Below the pieces are notes generated by a model. It did not search any database. It was given only the letters and a program-made list of their open reading frames with translations, and was not told the DNA's origin. Below, in pieces: positions 18,907 through 29,815 of a stretch of DNA of 64,000 nucleotides; position 1 is the first letter of the stretch; every line of letters starts with the position of its first letter. The translations under genes were made by a program, and so were the position numbers. This DNA is from a virus. The DNA is taken from IMG/VR virus record IMGVR_UViG_3300010354_000047, positions 32,001-96,000 of that record; one strand, written 5' to 3'.

Positions 18907-19389
18907 ATGGCCAAGACTTTTTTCTCCCCGGGAGTGATAGTAACAAGCAAGTGGTTGAATGGTTCCCGGCAGATTTACTTTGACGGCCAAGACTTAGACT
19001 GGCACTATGATCCCTTGGGGCTCAAGTCCCTTGTGACAACAGGCCCGGACGGGCTTGATAATCGCTATATCACCCTCTCCACAAGTCAGCCAACGCTTTC
19101 TGGGTCAGGATCATTTATCACTGGCCAGCCGATTTCCGGGGGAAAAGTAGTTTCAGGGTATTGGAATTTCGGATTCGACCCGATTGAAAATCCTTTAGAG
19201 CCTCAAAACTTTGAGAATTCTCCGCGAAGTTATCTCACAAACTTAAAGTACGATGATGCCAACGGAGTCACGATTCCACCTCCGACCATCGCTGACAAGT
19301 TTGCCGCTCTGCAGGACTCTGACCTAATCACAAAGAAAGTTTTGTCAGACCAATTCCAGAATCTTGTAGTCGATAACGGGACCTACTGA
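18907..19389 (+). CDS. putative tail/baseplate structural protein
   Basis: MAKTFFSPGVIVTSKWLN N-terminus resembles tail-associated proteins; position in the tail module. Confidence 0.6.
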   Translation: MAKTFFSPGVIVTSKWLNGSRQIYFDGQDLDWHYDPLGLKSLVTTGPDGLDNRYITLSTSQPTLSGSGSFITGQPISGGKVVSGYWNFGFDPIENPLEPQNFENSPRSYLTNLKYDDANGVTIPPPTIADKFAALQDSDLITKKVLSDQFQNLVVDNGTY

Positions 19390-19400
19390 TAGAGTGAACC

Positions 19401-22229
19401 ATGGCCAGATACTCCCCGCTTCCCTCCGTACCCATTGACCCAAGAAATGAGGCTCAATTAGTTCAGGCAGCGGCACAAAAGGTTTACGAAGCTTCAAACC
19501 GGACGCTAAATGACTTCAGCGCTGGAAACCCTTTAGCCGTTCTTCTCGAGGGGCAGGCTTTCGCCCAGGGCGAATTCCTGTACTGGGCTAACCAGCTCCC
19601 TGAGAAAATTCTGATTGAGTGGATCGGGCCTTTCCTAGGCGCGATGCGAAGGCTCGGAACACCAGCTGCCACGCTCCTACAGGTTACAATCCCGCCATCA
19701 AAGACGGAAACAACTCTTCCAGCCGGGTCCATCTTCTCTACAAATTCGCAGTTAACCTCTGGAGAGAGTTACGAATTTGTCTCATCGGACGATCTGGTCA
19801 TTCCTGCGGGCGATAGCGTAGGGGAGGTTCCCGTTTACTCAAAGTATGTAGGAACCATCTACAACGTCCCCTCTAACACGATCACGGGATCGACAAACAT
19901 TGGGCTCACAAACTTTTCAGTCACAAACCCGCAGCCTGCTGTGGGAGGAAGTGACGTTGAAACGTTTCAGGAAGTTCAGGAAAGATTTTTCACCCTTCTC
20001 CGCCGAAGAAACCCCGTAAGCGAGAGTGACTGGCAAGACTTTTTCACGGACCTTTTTGGAGTCGGAACTCTAACCTCAGTTCAGCCAAATAGAACCAGCT
20101 TCTACGGTTACAACTACGACCTTGACTACCAGATTCCCAACGGTCAAGTCTCCTTTTTCGTCCTCGGCCCAAACGGGACCGAATTGACTGAGCAACAGTT
20201 AACAGCCGGTCAGAATGCCATCAACTACTCCCTCCCGATCGAAAACAGAGCGTACCTCTATCCGATCACTCTGAGCCAAGTTCAGTACAATCTGACCCTG
20301 GAAGTAGATGCCAATGGCAGCTTCGGAAGCAACTATCGTGAATCCTCCCTCAACTTTCGGGACAGGTTGTTCTCAGTCCTAACTCCCGGAAACGTCTTCC
20401 CAGCCGACGTCAATCCTACGGTAAGCGACATTGACGCGGCATTTTACTCCACTTTTGACTCAGCCACTCGATTTCGTGACCCGACGATTGAGGCCTCTGT
20501 TGCCTACAATACTCCGAGTCAACTCAGCCCGAACGCAGCAACTTACACAAACGTATACGACTTTGAGCCAACCGAATACCTTCTAACAGAGAGGGATTTG
20601 GTCGTAGACTACAACCCAAACCCAACCTTCTACCCTGTTGACTCAAGTTTCACTCCTTACTCCACAGACAAGTTTGATCAAACCGTTTACGGAAACCTCT
20701 CCCTGAAGCAAATCAAATTCCTAACGGCTGGTTCCTTTAATTTAGGGGACATCGTTTACTACGATGGGGCTGCGGATCTCGCTCAGCAAGGACTCCATGT
20801 GATACTGGAGAACCTAAACATCAGCTCTTCTTCGCAGATTCTTCCACTGATCGCAAGCGGTAGGATAAGTGGGGTGAAAACTTTCCAACCATGGGTAGTC
20901 GGTAATTCTTATGTGTATGAAACCGACGGGACTATCGACCCCGATATCATAGAGTACGATTACACTTCTGGAGAGTTCATACCAAACTCCCCACCCTCCG
21001 CTATTCCCTTGAACAGCAGACCAGGTGGATTCGCCTGGCTCGTGTCTCAGAATTTCACTCTGCAACCCGAAACAAACGACATTTCCGGAGCTCAGTTGAC
21101 TTCTGCCATCGGTTCTTCCGTAGTTCCCACAAGCCTCGAGACCGGGTCTTCCTACTCCGCAGGAACCTGGGTGTGTACACCGCAAGTCGGAAGTGGTCCG
21201 AGTCCTATAGTTGACCCTTTCTACAACTACGTGGACGTGGAACAAGGTGCTATCGTTAAGTACGCTTATGTAATCTCTTCTTTCACTTTTGCCCCGAACG
21301 AGCTAACGGTTAGCCAATACTTTGACGATCTTGTGACGTCAGGAACACTGCAAGAAGTTCAGCTGTTTGATGGGTCAAATGGGCTCCCTGTCTATAAGTA
21401 TAGAGCACGGTTTAAGGGGGGACAGTACCTCCTGTACAAGGAATCCTCTGGTTCCGCTCCAAAGTACTACATCGCCTCTTCGTTCTTCACCCCAAGCAGC
21501 ACAAACATCCGAGATCTTCTAGCTGATGGTTCGGTGTATGATCTGGCGCCAACCCCTGCCTTGTTTACACAACTTTTGACAGATCTCCAGAGCGAGGTGG
21601 TAACAAAGGATATACATAGAATGTTCACATTCTTCCTAGGGGATCGAACATTCTTCCGGGAAGGCTCTGACGTTCTCTCCTTCACAGCTACTTCTGCAGT
21701 CACACCTTTGTTCAACTTTGACGTTTACCTCAACAACGGTGTCTTCATCAAATCGGATCCCTCAGTAGACGGATTTGAAGAGAGTTCTGACTACATTCCT
21801 TACTACAGTCCGGAGTACGTTGAGACTGCTGAGGACACCATTCTGAGTGAAGACGGTCGCAACCTTTACAGAGTGATGAAAGCCTTCACTCCACAAAGTC
21901 TTGTAACGTCTTGGACAGGAATTGAAGAGGATAATACAGCTAGGTATGAGGAGTATCGAAGAAACCTGCTTCGGTTTGTTGTCAGCTATCGTTGCGAAGA
22001 ATCCGTTCTATCCCAGTATGGGACCGAGACTTCTTCAATTAAACTCGGATCGTGCCAGATTTCAGTGATTCCTAAGAACTATGGCAGGAGCCTTAATTCC
22101 TCTCCTACCATTGTGTATGTTTGGGAGAACACAGCGAACCTAGAGGAAGTCCCTCAACTTTCGTGGTACTCTGAGTCTACTTTCCCGTACACTCCTCCGG
22201 ACTATAAGAACGGAACACTCGCCCTATGA
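19401..22229 (+). CDS. baseplate J-like wedge protein with long C-terminal extension
   Basis: IDPRNEAQLV, LNDFSAGNPLAVLLE, GTIYNV, VTNPQPAVGGSDVET, LRRRNPVSESDW. Confidence 0.85.
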   Translation: MARYSPLPSVPIDPRNEAQLVQAAAQKVYEASNRTLNDFSAGNPLAVLLEGQAFAQGEFLYWANQLPEKILIEWIGPFLGAMRRLGTPAATLLQVTIPPSKTETTLPAGSIFSTNSQLTSGESYEFVSSDDLVIPAGDSVGEVPVYSKYVGTIYNVPSNTITGSTNIGLTNFSVTNPQPAVGGSDVETFQEVQERFFTLLRRRNPVSESDWQDFFTDLFGVGTLTSVQPNRTSFYGYNYDLDYQIPNGQVSFFVLGPNGTELTEQQLTAGQNAINYSLPIENRAYLYPITLSQVQYNLTLEVDANGSFGSNYRESSLNFRDRLFSVLTPGNVFPADVNPTVSDIDAAFYSTFDSATRFRDPTIEASVAYNTPSQLSPNAATYTNVYDFEPTEYLLTERDLVVDYNPNPTFYPVDSSFTPYSTDKFDQTVYGNLSLKQIKFLTAGSFNLGDIVYYDGAADLAQQGLHVILENLNISSSSQILPLIASGRISGVKTFQPWVVGNSYVYETDGTIDPDIIEYDYTSGEFIPNSPPSAIPLNSRPGGFAWLVSQNFTLQPETNDISGAQLTSAIGSSVVPTSLETGSSYSAGTWVCTPQVGSGPSPIVDPFYNYVDVEQGAIVKYAYVISSFTFAPNELTVSQYFDDLVTSGTLQEVQLFDGSNGLPVYKYRARFKGGQYLLYKESSGSAPKYYIASSFFTPSSTNIRDLLADGSVYDLAPTPALFTQLLTDLQSEVVTKDIHRMFTFFLGDRTFFREGSDVLSFTATSAVTPLFNFDVYLNNGVFIKSDPSVDGFEESSDYIPYYSPEYVETAEDTILSEDGRNLYRVMKAFTPQSLVTSWTGIEEDNTARYEEYRRNLLRFVVSYRCEESVLSQYGTETSSIKLGSCQISVIPKNYGRSLNSSPTIVYVWENTANLEEVPQLSWYSESTFPYTPPDYKNGTLAL

Positions 22230-23500
22230 GCCAAATTCTGACCCCGCTTTCTAACGGAAGCGCCCAAATACAGACTTCTTCAACCTTTCAGCAAGGGGTC
22301 AATCTGTCTCCGCAGTATGTAGCTGTAAATAGGCTTTCACCACAACCGACCGAGTGGGATTCTTCAGGAAGGCCAATATACGACCGCCTTCCCTCCGCTT
22401 CAGAACGTTACAAGTTATTCTTCGGTTACGAAGATGATAGTTCATTCATATACTCCCCTCCGGGTTCTGCAAGCACTGGAGTAGGAACTTGTCAAGTCAC
22501 TGAATCCGGGGATAAAAAGTTTCTAGTTATTCAATCGGGGAAGCTTGTTTGGAAGTATGGCTCCCTTGACGTAAACTCTGTAATCATCGACTTACAGGCG
22601 ATGAACATGGTAAATACCAAATACCTTTTGGCTTACCAGCTGGTTTATGAAGACTCCCCTATCATCTCCCCGTATTCTGTCGAAGAATTTTCCTTGTCCG
22701 GTCAAGACCTTCTGGTCTCGAGTGGAACTGATTCAGTCACAGGCTGGCGTTACACTCCGAAGTTCGCTTTCACAGGAGATTCTAGAAGATCCTGGAGAAA
22801 CTACGACGGGTTCTTCTCCTCCTACTCAGGGGACGCTCACCTATCTTGGCAAAGCCCTTATTCCTCAAGTTACTCCCGAATCCTTCTGAGGTGCCCTCCC
22901 GGAACATCCATATCAGGGGCGGCAACTCTATACTACATGCTGTGTGACGAAGAGCTTGAAGAAAATCAGTACTGCACCTCCCCTCAATGGACTGAAGTCA
23001 CTTCCACAAGTGTGAAGAAAGACTCAATCGGTCAATATTTTGAGTTCTCACTGGCGACTCCGATAGCGCAGAGAGGTTGGAAGATTTCATGGGAGGATTC
23101 CAAAGTCTCTGTCTACGACATCCGAGTCTCCGGAACAATCACGCTAAAAAGAAAGCCTGCGACTGCCTTCACAACATATCAGTTAGTAGCATACCCTGAG
23201 AACTCGTTTCCAAAGCGAATCACAAACCTCGGCGGCGACGTGGTGGAAAGTTCCTTTTGCAAACTCGCTTCTGTGGACATAGACCAGTCCTTTCGAGTGC
23301 AAAGAATTCGTGATCTTCGGGAGACGGCCAATAATGAATATCAGCCGATCGCAGACTGGTTAACTTTACCATGGGACGACAACCTGAAAGAAATGTATGA
23401 GCAAGTCAAAGATTACTCGAGATTGTGGATGTCTCCTTCAGAGTGCCTATACCAAGAATACTTGGGACTACAAGAACAATCTATAACGGTGGAGGTCTAA
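22226..23500 (+). CDS. putative baseplate/tail protein
   Basis: 424-aa ORF coupled to the baseplate J gene; RPIYDRLP and ADWLT.PWD segments. Confidence 0.65.
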   Translation: MSQILTPLSNGSAQIQTSSTFQQGVNLSPQYVAVNRLSPQPTEWDSSGRPIYDRLPSASERYKLFFGYEDDSSFIYSPPGSASTGVGTCQVTESGDKKFLVIQSGKLVWKYGSLDVNSVIIDLQAMNMVNTKYLLAYQLVYEDSPIISPYSVEEFSLSGQDLLVSSGTDSVTGWRYTPKFAFTGDSRRSWRNYDGFFSSYSGDAHLSWQSPYSSSYSRILLRCPPGTSISGAATLYYMLCDEELEENQYCTSPQWTEVTSTSVKKDSIGQYFEFSLATPIAQRGWKISWEDSKVSVYDIRVSGTITLKRKPATAFTTYQLVAYPENSFPKRITNLGGDVVESSFCKLASVDIDQSFRVQRIRDLRETANNEYQPIADWLTLPWDDNLKEMYEQVKDYSRLWMSPSECLYQEYLGLQEQSITVEV

Positions 23501-26353
23501 GTGCCGGAACTAAATTCTACTTTCAACGTAAAAGACTTTGAAAACTACGGAAGCACAGACCTTTACTTAACACCAGATCAGCTGGACACAGTTGCTCTAA
23601 CTGAGAGCCGTGTAAATTCCCAATTAGATTGGTTGGCTCAACTTTTGGGATGGAACGGTCCCAATTACTGGAATAATCTCGCATCATCCGTAACAGAAAA
23701 AAGAAGCCTTCAAACAGGCTCTTACGGTATTTACAACGGTTTCATCTTTCCCGAAATCGTAGAAGTACGAAACTGGGATAATAAAGTCGTTGTAAAAGCA
23801 GACCCACGTATCCAGGCTGGACAGACCTTTTTCCTAGGGGACGAGACTTACACCCTTCTGAGTCTGTCCTCAGAAAATGATCTATACTTCTTAGACTTCG
23901 GAACTTTTACGGAGCAGTTTGTAGAAGATATCAACTCCAATAATCAACTAAAAGTCCTAAGCCCCAATGCTCTACCTACCCCTTTCTCGAGAAAGTCCGC
24001 AGGGGTCTCAGGAGACTTTTCGTTCTTGTGTCAAGTTAGCGGAACCTCCTTAAGTCTTTATCCGTCATTCGACACGAACTTCCAGTTTCCTGTTCTGTTC
24101 AATACGCTTTTCAAAGGTTCTCGTTACTTCTTTGATAAACCGGTTTCTCTCCAGATAGGGCTCGATACCGTGAACCCGGAGTATGATTTCACTCGGGAAA
24201 GGTGGTATATTGATGTTCCACCCGTAACAAAGAATGATACAAACATTGAAGAAACTCTGACCTACGGTTTGTCGTCTTTACGAGTTCGATTGAAAGATTG
24301 GACAGACCCTTCTGACTGGGTTAATTCCAGCACTATTCAGAACTTCAAAGGAGTCTGGTCCAACAAAGGAGGGAAATTCCCGTTTCACTTTGTGTTTGAC
24401 GCCCTGAACCTTCATGGATTTGATGATGAAACATCTGTCTACCTTGGAGAGTTTGAAAGATCCATTTCCTTTGACTCCCTTCTGAATCACATTTACTATC
24501 AGATTGCGTCTACAGAGCCCGACTCGCCAAGCCCAGAGTTCGGAAGAGTTTGGTGGAACAGTCAGACAGGTAACTTCTCAGTGTTTGTAGGGGATTCCTT
24601 AAACTGCGGACCATGGGTGGAAATTGCCTATCCGTACAACCCTGAAGTCGGCCCCGCTCCGGACTACGTTTTTTCCGATGTTTCGAGCTTTCTAGCTTTC
24701 CCCGACGAGATTCCCTCAGGTTGTCTTGTAGACATTCTAGACGCTTCCGGTCTGAACCCCTCCCTTGGGATTGAGGGTCTTGTAGAACCTCTTTCAGGTC
24801 CATGCCGAGTTCAAATCTACAAGAGGGAGGACTCCCCTTACTGGACATTCTTCCTAATCATTTTCGATGATGAGCCTAGTTTTGACGCAAATGCGACTGT
24901 TCTCCCTGAGAAAGTAGTAATCAAGATTCTGGATTCGTTGGGTCTAACATCAAGTTCAGGAAATTATAGAGTCCAGAACCTTGGGGCTACCATAACAGGT
25001 CAGTACCCGTTGCTCCTGATGAAGGATGTTTATGCAGGAGCGTGGTACATTTCCCCTCCTTCTTATCTCCGTTACATCGGTGACACTCGTTTGTTCGAAA
25101 GTTCCCTTAATTTCGCAAACCCTGTGGGCGGAGAGCTGAATTGGGATTTTTCAGTTCCCGTACCAGAAAACCGCCTTGCGAGAATTTTTTACTACAGCAA
25201 TTGGCAACAAGACCCTTTGACTTCGGAGTGGGAACTTACGGGGGACTGGGTTGCTATAAATGATGAAAATTCCGTTCTTCCTGCACCGGTAACAATCGAC
25301 TTTGGTTCCATTCTTGTCTACTGCAACGACACCTTGCTTTCCCCCAATGATTCTTACCAGAATGAAGACTTTCAAATAAGTTACACGATCGATTCTGGAG
25401 ACGGACTTTTCACCTTTAAATACATTCCGATCTCTTACACAGGGGTCATAACTCTTCCAGTCATTACAATCTCTGACTCTCTAACAACCGTCTTCAGACA
25501 CGACATATCTGAGGTAGTTTTTAGTGGTCTGCAGTACTACATGTCCTCAAATGTTGAGAATTCGCAAAAGTTGTTAAGAGTGTGGAAGACAGAAGCCCTT
25601 CAAGTTACGGATTCCCTTTCGGAGTTGTCTTCCCTGAGATATCTTAACCCACTAGTTGCAGATCAAAATCAAGGCCCAGCAGATGACAACTGGGAAAGAT
25701 ACTTCCTACGTCTCCCCCCATCCTATCAAAGGAATGGGGCGGAGTGGCAAAAGGTGAACCTGGTTTGTCAGAATTTCGGCTACTGGGGATCCTCAACAAA
25801 CCCGGAGAAAATGTCCTGTTCTCAGTCCGATCTCGTTCCTGAAATATACGAAGAGGTACTGATTTACGGAAAACCTAAGGAACAACACACGTATCTTTAC
25901 AGTGAGCCATATCTCTACTCTGAGATTGCTTACTCCTACGATGCTTCCTCTCTTGACTTTGATAACTCTGATGTTCTTTCCGGTTTTGATCGGCCATATG
26001 ATGACTTTGACGAGGCAGAAATTCAGAACTATGAACCTTTGCACAATCGCAGAGCGGAATTGAGTCAACCTCTTTCCTCTCCGGACTATGGTAACTGGGT
26101 CGGTATGTACTTTAGGTCGGCAGCTTGTTTCGACCTCTCAGGTTTCCTTGTTAATGACATTGAAGCTGGTGTTCTTGAAGCAATGTCACCACCCGTTTGG
26201 GATGCGAGTATCTATAAGTTTCCTCCGATCTGTGGACCGAGTTCCTCAGATAATTTGGAGGATGTAAACCACTTCAAGGTGGGGTATGCCTTTTTCGCTG
26301 CAGACTTGTCCTCCGCTGGTGAAGCAGTTTTCGATCTAGTCTCGGCAGGGTAA
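23501..26353 (+). CDS. putative baseplate/tail protein (P2 gpI-like N-terminus)
   Basis: QLDWLAQLLGW motif; 950 aa; position in the baseplate module. Confidence 0.65.
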   Translation: MPELNSTFNVKDFENYGSTDLYLTPDQLDTVALTESRVNSQLDWLAQLLGWNGPNYWNNLASSVTEKRSLQTGSYGIYNGFIFPEIVEVRNWDNKVVVKADPRIQAGQTFFLGDETYTLLSLSSENDLYFLDFGTFTEQFVEDINSNNQLKVLSPNALPTPFSRKSAGVSGDFSFLCQVSGTSLSLYPSFDTNFQFPVLFNTLFKGSRYFFDKPVSLQIGLDTVNPEYDFTRERWYIDVPPVTKNDTNIEETLTYGLSSLRVRLKDWTDPSDWVNSSTIQNFKGVWSNKGGKFPFHFVFDALNLHGFDDETSVYLGEFERSISFDSLLNHIYYQIASTEPDSPSPEFGRVWWNSQTGNFSVFVGDSLNCGPWVEIAYPYNPEVGPAPDYVFSDVSSFLAFPDEIPSGCLVDILDASGLNPSLGIEGLVEPLSGPCRVQIYKREDSPYWTFFLIIFDDEPSFDANATVLPEKVVIKILDSLGLTSSSGNYRVQNLGATITGQYPLLLMKDVYAGAWYISPPSYLRYIGDTRLFESSLNFANPVGGELNWDFSVPVPENRLARIFYYSNWQQDPLTSEWELTGDWVAINDENSVLPAPVTIDFGSILVYCNDTLLSPNDSYQNEDFQISYTIDSGDGLFTFKYIPISYTGVITLPVITISDSLTTVFRHDISEVVFSGLQYYMSSNVENSQKLLRVWKTEALQVTDSLSELSSLRYLNPLVADQNQGPADDNWERYFLRLPPSYQRNGAEWQKVNLVCQNFGYWGSSTNPEKMSCSQSDLVPEIYEEVLIYGKPKEQHTYLYSEPYLYSEIAYSYDASSLDFDNSDVLSGFDRPYDDFDEAEIQNYEPLHNRRAELSQPLSSPDYGNWVGMYFRSAACFDLSGFLVNDIEAGVLEAMSPPVWDASIYKFPPICGPSSSDNLEDVNHFKVGYAFFAADLSSAGEAVFDLVSAG

Positions 26354-26354
26354 A
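26348..26354 (+). promoter_or_regulatory. putative late promoter GGGTAAA overlapping upstream stop codon
   Basis: 29 nt before ATG 26377. Confidence 0.6.
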
Positions 26355-26376
26355 ACACTTTATACGAAAGTCAAGC

Positions 26377-26676
26377 ATGGCAACAAGAAAGAAAAAGCTG
26401 GACGCAGAGAGCCTCGCGCCGGAAGGGGATTGGACTTTTATCGAAACTTTCGAGGATATCGATGGAATCGAGCAAAGCCCGGAAGCAATGGAAGAGATAC
26501 CACTCGCGGATGTTTCGGTAGACGACACTGAGTCTGTAGAGGTTTCTTCGGAAATCGCTGAAGAAATCCTCCCGTTAGAGGATGAGTCAGAAGGTGAAGA
26601 AAAAGTTCAAAGAAGACCCAGAGTTGTCCCCCGAAGAAGCCCTAGAAGAACACTAAGATTCACTACCAAGTCCTGA
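26377..26676 (+). CDS. hypothetical protein (acidic core, basic ends)
   Basis: 99-aa ORF downstream of the motif. Confidence 0.65.
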   Translation: MATRKKKLDAESLAPEGDWTFIETFEDIDGIEQSPEAMEEIPLADVSVDDTESVEVSSEIAEEILPLEDESEGEEKVQRRPRVVPRRSPRRTLRFTTKS

Positions 26677-26682
26677 TTCGAG

Positions 26683-27876
26683 ATGCCTCATAACCTTCGA
26701 AACGTTCCCTGGATAAAACAAACGGCTCAGATGATAAAAGCCCTTGAGAGCCAGGGTTTCAAGGGTCCTTCTGGTGGAACAGTTAGAGGGAAGATTGTGA
26801 GCGTGGAAGACCCGGAGGAGCGAGGGCGAGTCAAAGTTCTTTTTGATGCGCTGAATCCCCAAGACATTCCCGCTGTGGAGGGTGCGGGGGAATATTCCCT
26901 TTCCCGAAAAGGTGAAGCGAGCAACTACTCTCACTGGATAGACGTCTCTCCCCCATTCAAGGGAAGAATGCCAGAGTCTTTGGTAGGCAAAAGGGTGAAT
27001 ATCTCTCTAAGTAACGGGCAGTATCACTATGCTGTATTACAGGATGTTCTGTTTGACCCCCAAAATCTGACCGACGAGGCCCAAAAAGACTTTGATCTTC
27101 CTAACAACACTACGATGACACGCTTACCGGTCTATCCGGCCGGTAGTTTGCCACCTGCCTGCAAAGAAAATCACGGTTGCTCTGTGGTAGAGGAAGGAGG
27201 ACCGATGAACTCAGATTGGGTTTGCGTTTGCCTCAAAAGAGATGGAAAATACATATGGGTGCGCCACTCAGACTTGGCCCATGGCCACGCAGGAGGGAAC
27301 GACGTCACTTCCCAAGTAGACTCTTCAGGAAATCGCCCGAGTCCAGGACAAATGGCTGCCACTTATGACCACGTTTTTGTAACCAGTCACAGGGAGATGA
27401 AAAAAGAAGGGAGGACTGGATACAGCACCCGCCCCGCTGGAAACCCTTGGGGAGCTGATGCTGCCTGGGCTCCACCCCCTATGAGTGACATTAAGCCTCT
27501 CGAATTTAAAGATGGCCCCTTGTTTGACCAAAACGTAGCCCTATCTTTCGCTCGAAATTCAGGTTTCGTGAACGATATTCCCGGCGCATTCACTACAGCT
27601 TATGCCCCAGAAATCCTTGCCGCTGTTGAAACAGTTCCTGGGTCCAAATTTGCACTCAATGCGTTGAAGAAAGCTCAAGAAGCTCTTTCCCTATATGAAA
27701 AGCTTAAGAAGATCGTAGCGGATCCGACCACTTTTGTGAAAGAGACTGCCTTGAAATCTTTGCAGAACTATGCGCCGGGGGCTACCAAATTTGTCCTTTC
27801 CGCTCTGTCAAATCCCGCAGGGGCGATAAAAACCGTATTTGATCAACTTCCCAAGTTACCGAACCCCTTCAAATGA
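26683..27876 (+). CDS. baseplate spike/hub protein (gp5/gpV OB-fold N-terminus)
   Basis: RGKIVSVEDPEERGRVKV ... SHWIDVSPPF; HGHAG resembles a spike-tip His motif. Confidence 0.75.
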   Translation: MPHNLRNVPWIKQTAQMIKALESQGFKGPSGGTVRGKIVSVEDPEERGRVKVLFDALNPQDIPAVEGAGEYSLSRKGEASNYSHWIDVSPPFKGRMPESLVGKRVNISLSNGQYHYAVLQDVLFDPQNLTDEAQKDFDLPNNTTMTRLPVYPAGSLPPACKENHGCSVVEEGGPMNSDWVCVCLKRDGKYIWVRHSDLAHGHAGGNDVTSQVDSSGNRPSPGQMAATYDHVFVTSHREMKKEGRTGYSTRPAGNPWGADAAWAPPPMSDIKPLEFKDGPLFDQNVALSFARNSGFVNDIPGAFTTAYAPEILAAVETVPGSKFALNALKKAQEALSLYEKLKKIVADPTTFVKETALKSLQNYAPGATKFVLSALSNPAGAIKTVFDQLPKLPNPFK

Positions 27877-28262
27877 CTTTTACAGAAGACTATGATCCAG
27901 GGTTTGTCAACGCTCCGGGTTTTGGCCAAAGCGCGACAAATCCTCTTGCCCCAGTGTTCTACACTTCCCTCGGCGTCGTCGAAGATGTGTCTGTCTATGG
28001 TTCAATATATTCAGCAAACAACATTCAGGCAAATCTTTCTTTCACAATTGGAGGCTCGTCCCTCACGCAAGAATTGCTCAATGTGGCCGTTCCAAGCCTC
28101 TTTCGCGAACCCATTCAATCGGAGGAAACCGTAACGTGTCAAAAAGACATCAAAGTTCTTGACGTCACCGACACAAACAGGTTGATTGTGAATGGTGTTG
28201 AGTACCGTGAAGGCGTGATAGCCGGAAAAAACGGTAGTTTTCGTGTCTTAATGAAAATCTGA
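27873..28262 (+). CDS. hypothetical structural protein
   Basis: Translationally coupled, beta-rich ORF. Confidence 0.6.
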   Translation: MTFTEDYDPGFVNAPGFGQSATNPLAPVFYTSLGVVEDVSVYGSIYSANNIQANLSFTIGGSSLTQELLNVAVPSLFREPIQSEETVTCQKDIKVLDVTDTNRLIVNGVEYREGVIAGKNGSFRVLMKI

Positions 28263-28675
28263 TGGCAATCCGAAGACCTTCTGTTTATCGTGAACGAGAG
28301 TTCATATTCCAGGATTTCCTGTACCTGCAGGAGGACGACAGTCAATTGCGATACATCCTCGTAAAATGGGATGGAGCACCCTATGATTCCGTTTCCCAAA
28401 CATTCGATTACCCTACCCCTGAATTCAAGGGGGGAGACGTCGTAGCAAGACTAGAGTACATGGTTTCGGGTAAGTTAGTGATAATCGAAGATTGGTGGAT
28501 TAATTTTCGAGATGAGTGGCCCCTTCGGCTCGCAATTCAGTTTTTGGCAAACTGTTTGTATAGCCCTGGGCAAGGCTTTTCAATTCAAGTTCGAAGAGAA
28601 GCGTACCCCTTCTGGGTCTCTGAGAACTTTTTTCCTCTAACAAATGATCCAGAAGATTTCTTAATAGGTAAATAA
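28262..28675 (+). CDS. hypothetical protein
   Basis: Translationally coupled ORF (TGATG). Confidence 0.65.
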   Translation: MAIRRPSVYREREFIFQDFLYLQEDDSQLRYILVKWDGAPYDSVSQTFDYPTPEFKGGDVVARLEYMVSGKLVIIEDWWINFRDEWPLRLAIQFLANCLYSPGQGFSIQVRREAYPFWVSENFFPLTNDPEDFLIGK

Positions 28676-28677
28676 CG

Positions 28678-29757
28678 ATGGCCACTCCGAAGATTAAGGA
28701 AGCTACTCTAACAACACCCACTAACATTATCCTTTACTTTGACAGCCCTCTTGAATCAAAAATTAGCGTTCCTGTAAACAGTTTCACTGTCAACTACGGG
28801 CAGTTCGGAGTTCTGACCCTCATATACTCTTCAGATACAATGGTTAGTTTAGGGATCGATAGCTCCCTATCTCCTTGGGATGAAGTTTTTGTCTCATATG
28901 AACCCCCTTTAGATCTCAATGTCTGCATGCGAGGTCCAATCCCTCCCTCAGCCAACGACGTTGTTAAGAAGAGGAATGCTGTTCGAGCTTTTTACCGGTT
29001 TCCAGTTAGGAACACTCTAGCCCCCGATGAAACTTCTGACGGTTCACACAAGAATTCTAACCTGGGTCAAACAATCGGAGGGTATGGTTTTCCGTACCAA
29101 GATCGCTCCGGAACCCTTTCCCAATACAAATCGGACCCTAAAAGTGCTTCACCGGACGACTTTATTGTCGCGTATGGTTTAAAGGAGGCTATCCAGCTCA
29201 CAAACATTGATGATGCCAGCGCGACTACGGTCAATGTAGCAAAAATGCGAATGGCGATTGAAGACGCAAATGCGTTAATCGATTCATATATCGAACAGTC
29301 AGGGAAAGCGGGAAGGGTCTTAATAACAAGCAACCGCAGAAGAACTGCGCTCATAATCGCAAGGTACTACCTAGACAACGTCCGAAGAAGAGAAGACGTC
29401 TATAAAGATTACGTAGAAGCCCTGAAGCAACTAGATGCCGAGAGGGAAATGACTGCCATTCGCGCAGGTCATGGAGACTCAGCAATTGACACAAAGAGGG
29501 GAATTCTGAGAACATGGGGAATTCCTCAGAAATATAACAGCGTATCTGGAAAAGGGCTTAGCGGGTGGAACTCTGATACGGCTGGGGATCAAGCTCCAGA
29601 TTTCCGCCTGGGATTTGGAGCCACGGGCCAGAATGTATCGTATCCGAACTGGATATCCCCTAGAAACTTTGAGGATCTCGGTGGTGCCATACAGCATAAT
29701 GAGCCGAACGATGCAGGTGGTTACACTCGCGGCAGCTCCGACACAAACTTTCCTTAA
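28678..29757 (+). CDS. head-tail connector (Mu gp36 / DUF1320-like) with N-terminal SwmB-like Ig domain
   Basis: YGLKEAIQLTN..AIEDANALIDSYI..IARYYLD..YVEAL is gp36-like; IILYFDSPL..FTVN..VFVSYEPP is SwmB-like. Confidence 0.75.
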   Translation: MATPKIKEATLTTPTNIILYFDSPLESKISVPVNSFTVNYGQFGVLTLIYSSDTMVSLGIDSSLSPWDEVFVSYEPPLDLNVCMRGPIPPSANDVVKKRNAVRAFYRFPVRNTLAPDETSDGSHKNSNLGQTIGGYGFPYQDRSGTLSQYKSDPKSASPDDFIVAYGLKEAIQLTNIDDASATTVNVAKMRMAIEDANALIDSYIEQSGKAGRVLITSNRRRTALIIARYYLDNVRRREDVYKDYVEALKQLDAEREMTAIRAGHGDSAIDTKRGILRTWGIPQKYNSVSGKGLSGWNSDTAGDQAPDFRLGFGATGQNVSYPNWISPRNFEDLGGAIQHNEPNDAGGYTRGSSDTNFP

Positions 29758-29815
29758 GTGCGCCAAGGGGTAGTTCAATGATCGAGTCTACTCTATTTAG
29801 TAACAGGAGAACAAA

